From Actinomycetes bacterium (GTDB lineage Bacteria > Actinomycetota > Acidimicrobiia > Acidimicrobiales > Aldehydirespiratoraceae), in the NCBI GenBank assembly GCA_024276495.1, contig JAJRXC010000005.1, positions 64,191 through 128,190 of the forward strand: a stretch of DNA of 64,000 bases. The letters run 5' to 3'. The position numbers were made by a program, and so were the translations under genes. A model generated the notes under the pieces. That model had not been told where the DNA came from. It searched no databases and saw only the letters and a list, made by a program, of their open reading frames with translations. Below are positions 61,778 through 64,000 of the stretch, in pieces (positions within the stretch are counted from its first letter, which is position 1; each line of letters starts with the position of its first letter).

Positions 61778-64000
61778 ATGAACGCGATCCCGGCGACCTC
61801 CGCCGTCCTCTCCGACTCCTCCCTCGTCGGAACCGCCCTGTCGCGCGCGTACACCGCCGAGATCGACGCCTGGCTCCATTCGGTCGTCGCCGGCGCCGGT
61901 GAGGTGCGAGGGGTCGCGCTGGCCGCGGTCGGCGGCTACGGCCGGGGTGATCTGAGCCTTGGTTCCGACCTCGACCTGTTGCTGATCCATAGCGGCAGCG
62001 GGCACGTGGCCGAGGTAGCGGAGCGGATCTGGTATCCGATCTGGGACACCGGAATGAAGCTCGGTCACGCCGTTCGCACGATCGACGAGGCGCTCGAGTT
62101 GGCCGCGACCGATCTCGACACGGCCACGTCACTTCTCGACATCCGCCGGATCGGGGGTGATCCGCGCCTCGTTGCCGAGTTGGCAGCCCGCTCCCGGGCG
62201 TTGTGGCGTGACAACGTCGACAAGATGCTCGGGTTGCTGGCCGAGCGGACCCGAGAACGCCACGACGAGGCCGGGGAAGTGGCCTTTCTCCTCGAACCCG
62301 ACCTGAAGTTGTCGCGCGGGGGTCTGCGCGACGTGCACTCGCTTCACTGGGTCGATCTGGCCGAAGAAGACCTCCTGTTGAGCTCCGAACGCCAAGGACT
62401 GGCAGGCCCCCACGACACGCTCTTGTCGACCCGCATCGAGCTGCACCGAAGCACCGGACGCCACTCCAACCAGCTGTTGCTCCAGGATCAGGACGAGGTC
62501 GCGTCGGCGCTCGGCTACGGCGATGCCGACGAGCTCATGGCCGACGTCGCGGGGGCGGCCCGCACGGTGGCCTGGATCACCGATGCCGTGCTCCACCGCA
62601 TCGACCTGCGGTCGAGTCGGCGCCGCCGACGCCACCGGATCCGCGACTTCGGGCACGGCATCCAGGTCGTCGACGAGACCCTTCGACTGCTCGACGACGC
62701 CCCCGTCGACACCGACCCGGTGCTGCCCCTCCGGGTGGCGCTGGTCGCCGCGAGAGCCGACGCCTTCATCGAGCGAGACGTGCTCGATCGCCTCGCCGAT
62801 CACAGCCCCCACCTGCCCGACCCGTGGCCCGAGGAAGCCCACGAGGTGCTGGTCGACCTGTTGCTTTTGGGTCACGACTCGATCCGCGTGCTCGAAGCGC
62901 TCGACCAGGTCGATCTCATCTCCCGGCTGATTCCCGAGTGGGCGCCCACCCGGAGTCGCCCCCAACGAAACGCCTATCACCGCTTCACGGTCGACCGGCA
63001 TCTGATGGAAGCCGCCGCGGAGTGCGCCCTCATCGCCGACCGGGTCGAGCGACCCGACCTGTTGGTGCTCGGCGGGTTCTTCCACGACATCGGCAAGGGG
63101 TACGAGGGAGACCACTCCGAGGTCGGGGTCGGGCTGGTCCGCCGCATCGCCACCCGGATGGGCTACTCGCCGGCCGACACCGAGACGCTCGCCGCGCTCG
63201 TACGCCACCACCTGCTGTTGCCCGACGTGGCCTCGCGCCGCGACCTCGAGGACGAGGACACGATCCGGTTCGTCGCCGAGGAGATCGACTCGGTCAACAC
63301 CCTCGAGTTGTTGGGCGCGTTGACCGAAGCCGACTCGATCGCGACCAGCCACGCCGCGTGGGGCGGCTGGAAGGCCGAGCTCGTCAGCGAGCTCGTTCGC
63401 CGCACCAGCGACTATCTGCACAGCGGCGGCACGACCGTCGAGTCGGCGTTCCCGAGCGACGAACAACTCGAGCTGCTCGAAGCCGGCGAAGAGCTCGTGC
63501 GCCTCGACGGTCACGAGTTGGTCGTGGTCACCGCCGACCGGCCCGGCGTGTTCTCACGGGTGGCGGGTGCGTTGGCGCTCCACGGCGTCGAGATCCTGGA
63601 GGCGCAACTCCACACCCAGGACCAACTCGCCCTCGAGGTGTTGCGGGTCGGCGGCGGCATCGGGCTCGACGAGCGACCCCGCCAGGTCGAAGACGACGTC
63701 CGCCTCGCCCTCCAGGGCCGCCTCGCGGTCCGGGCCCGGCTGATCCAGCGGGCCCGCAACTATCGCTACCAGCGGGTCACCACCGCCCGCCCCGCCGCCC
63801 CGCAGGTGATCGTCGACAACGAGTTGTCATCGACCTACACGGTGTTGGAGGTGCGTGGGCCGGACTCGATCGGGCTCCTCTACCGGATCACCCGGGCGAT
63901 GGCCGACCTCGACCTCGACATCTACTCGGCCAAGGTGCAGACCCTCGGCGACGACGTGATCGACTCGTTCTACGTCCGCGACGGTCAGGGGGACAAGATC
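61778..64000 (+). CDS. glnD: [Protein-PII] uridylyltransferase/uridylyl-removing enzyme GlnD (3' end outside the window)
   Basis: Own translation from the ATG at 61778: MNAIPATSAVLSDSSLVGTALSRAYTAEIDAWL...LAAVGGYGRGDLSLGSDLDLLLIHSG (nucleotidyltransferase motif). Downstream there is an HD domain (HRFTVDRHL..., FFHDIGKG) and ACT-like regions. The frame is open to 64000. It is absent from the ORF track because no stop lies in the window. Confidence 0.9.
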   Translation, partial: MNAIPATSAVLSDSSLVGTALSRAYTAEIDAWLHSVVAGAGEVRGVALAAVGGYGRGDLSLGSDLDLLLIHSGSGHVAEVAERIWYPIWDTGMKLGHAVRTIDEALELAATDLDTATSLLDIRRIGGDPRLVAELAARSRALWRDNVDKMLGLLAERTRERHDEAGEVAFLLEPDLKLSRGGLRDVHSLHWVDLAEEDLLLSSERQGLAGPHDTLLSTRIELHRSTGRHSNQLLLQDQDEVASALGYGDADELMADVAGAARTVAWITDAVLHRIDLRSSRRRRRHRIRDFGHGIQVVDETLRLLDDAPVDTDPVLPLRVALVAARADAFIERDVLDRLADHSPHLPDPWPEEAHEVLVDLLLLGHDSIRVLEALDQVDLISRLIPEWAPTRSRPQRNAYHRFTVDRHLMEAAAECALIADRVERPDLLVLGGFFHDIGKGYEGDHSEVGVGLVRRIATRMGYSPADTETLAALVRHHLLLPDVASRRDLEDEDTIRFVAEEIDSVNTLELLGALTEADSIATSHAAWGGWKAELVSELVRRTSDYLHSGGTTVESAFPSDEQLELLEAGEELVRLDGHELVVVTADRPGVFSRVAGALALHGVEILEAQLHTQDQLALEVLRVGGGIGLDERPRQVEDDVRLALQGRLAVRARLIQRARNYRYQRVTTARPAAPQVIVDNELSSTYTVLEVRGPDSIGLLYRITRAMADLDLDIYSAKVQTLGDDVIDSFYVRDGQGDKI

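Overview
This is a high-GC actinobacterial chromosomal core region, possibly Acidimicrobiia-like. I count about 70 protein genes and 3 tRNAs, tightly packed, with many 4-nt ATGA/GTGA start/stop overlaps. From memory, the gene order follows the conserved Mycobacterium/Streptomyces backbone in three blocks. Block 1: glnII (partial), nadE, a sigma-70 factor, tRNA-Sec, a HAD hydrolase, an ssd/tad (Flp-type) pilus locus, a DUF1998 helicase, a bldG/apgA-like partner-switching pair, nhaA, topA, tmk, holB, tRNA-Thr and sigH/rsrA. Block 2: tilS, hpt, folP, folK, panC, coaX, lysS, clpC, radA, crp, ispDF, rlmB and tRNA-Thr. Block 3: otsB/otsA, glycerate kinase, a MoaD-like protein, CIRCE-groEL, nitrobindin, fdhD, hemQ, a Liv-type ABC transporter and amt-glnD (3' partial). 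I saw no transposases, integrases, CRISPR arrays or a recognisable defence island. I found no clearly novel multi-gene system, only local departures from the conserved backbone. (1) A membrane HD-GYP phosphodiesterase carries a poly-Thr/Pro linker and an unassignable C-terminal domain, and sits convergent to the tad locus. (2) A PTP-fold-like protein lacking the catalytic Cys is translationally coupled to folP at the position where folB normally sits. (3) A DUF2510-scramblase-like protein is coupled to panC where panD normally sits. (4) The Liv transporter is decorated with an RDD-LivG fusion and an N-terminally extended LivH. (5) amt is followed directly by glnD with no glnK, and phased GAAAC boxes lie upstream of amt. 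(6) There is a tRNA-Sec gene. (7) There is a SigR/SigH-type promoter in front of a small Cys-rich ORF. (8) A possible 6C-like sRNA lies between the HAD gene and ssd. (9) A 3 x 22-bp tandem repeat starts inside the stop region of an orphan MoaD/ThiS-like gene. All functional calls rest on motif-level recognition of the translated ORFs; no searches were run.
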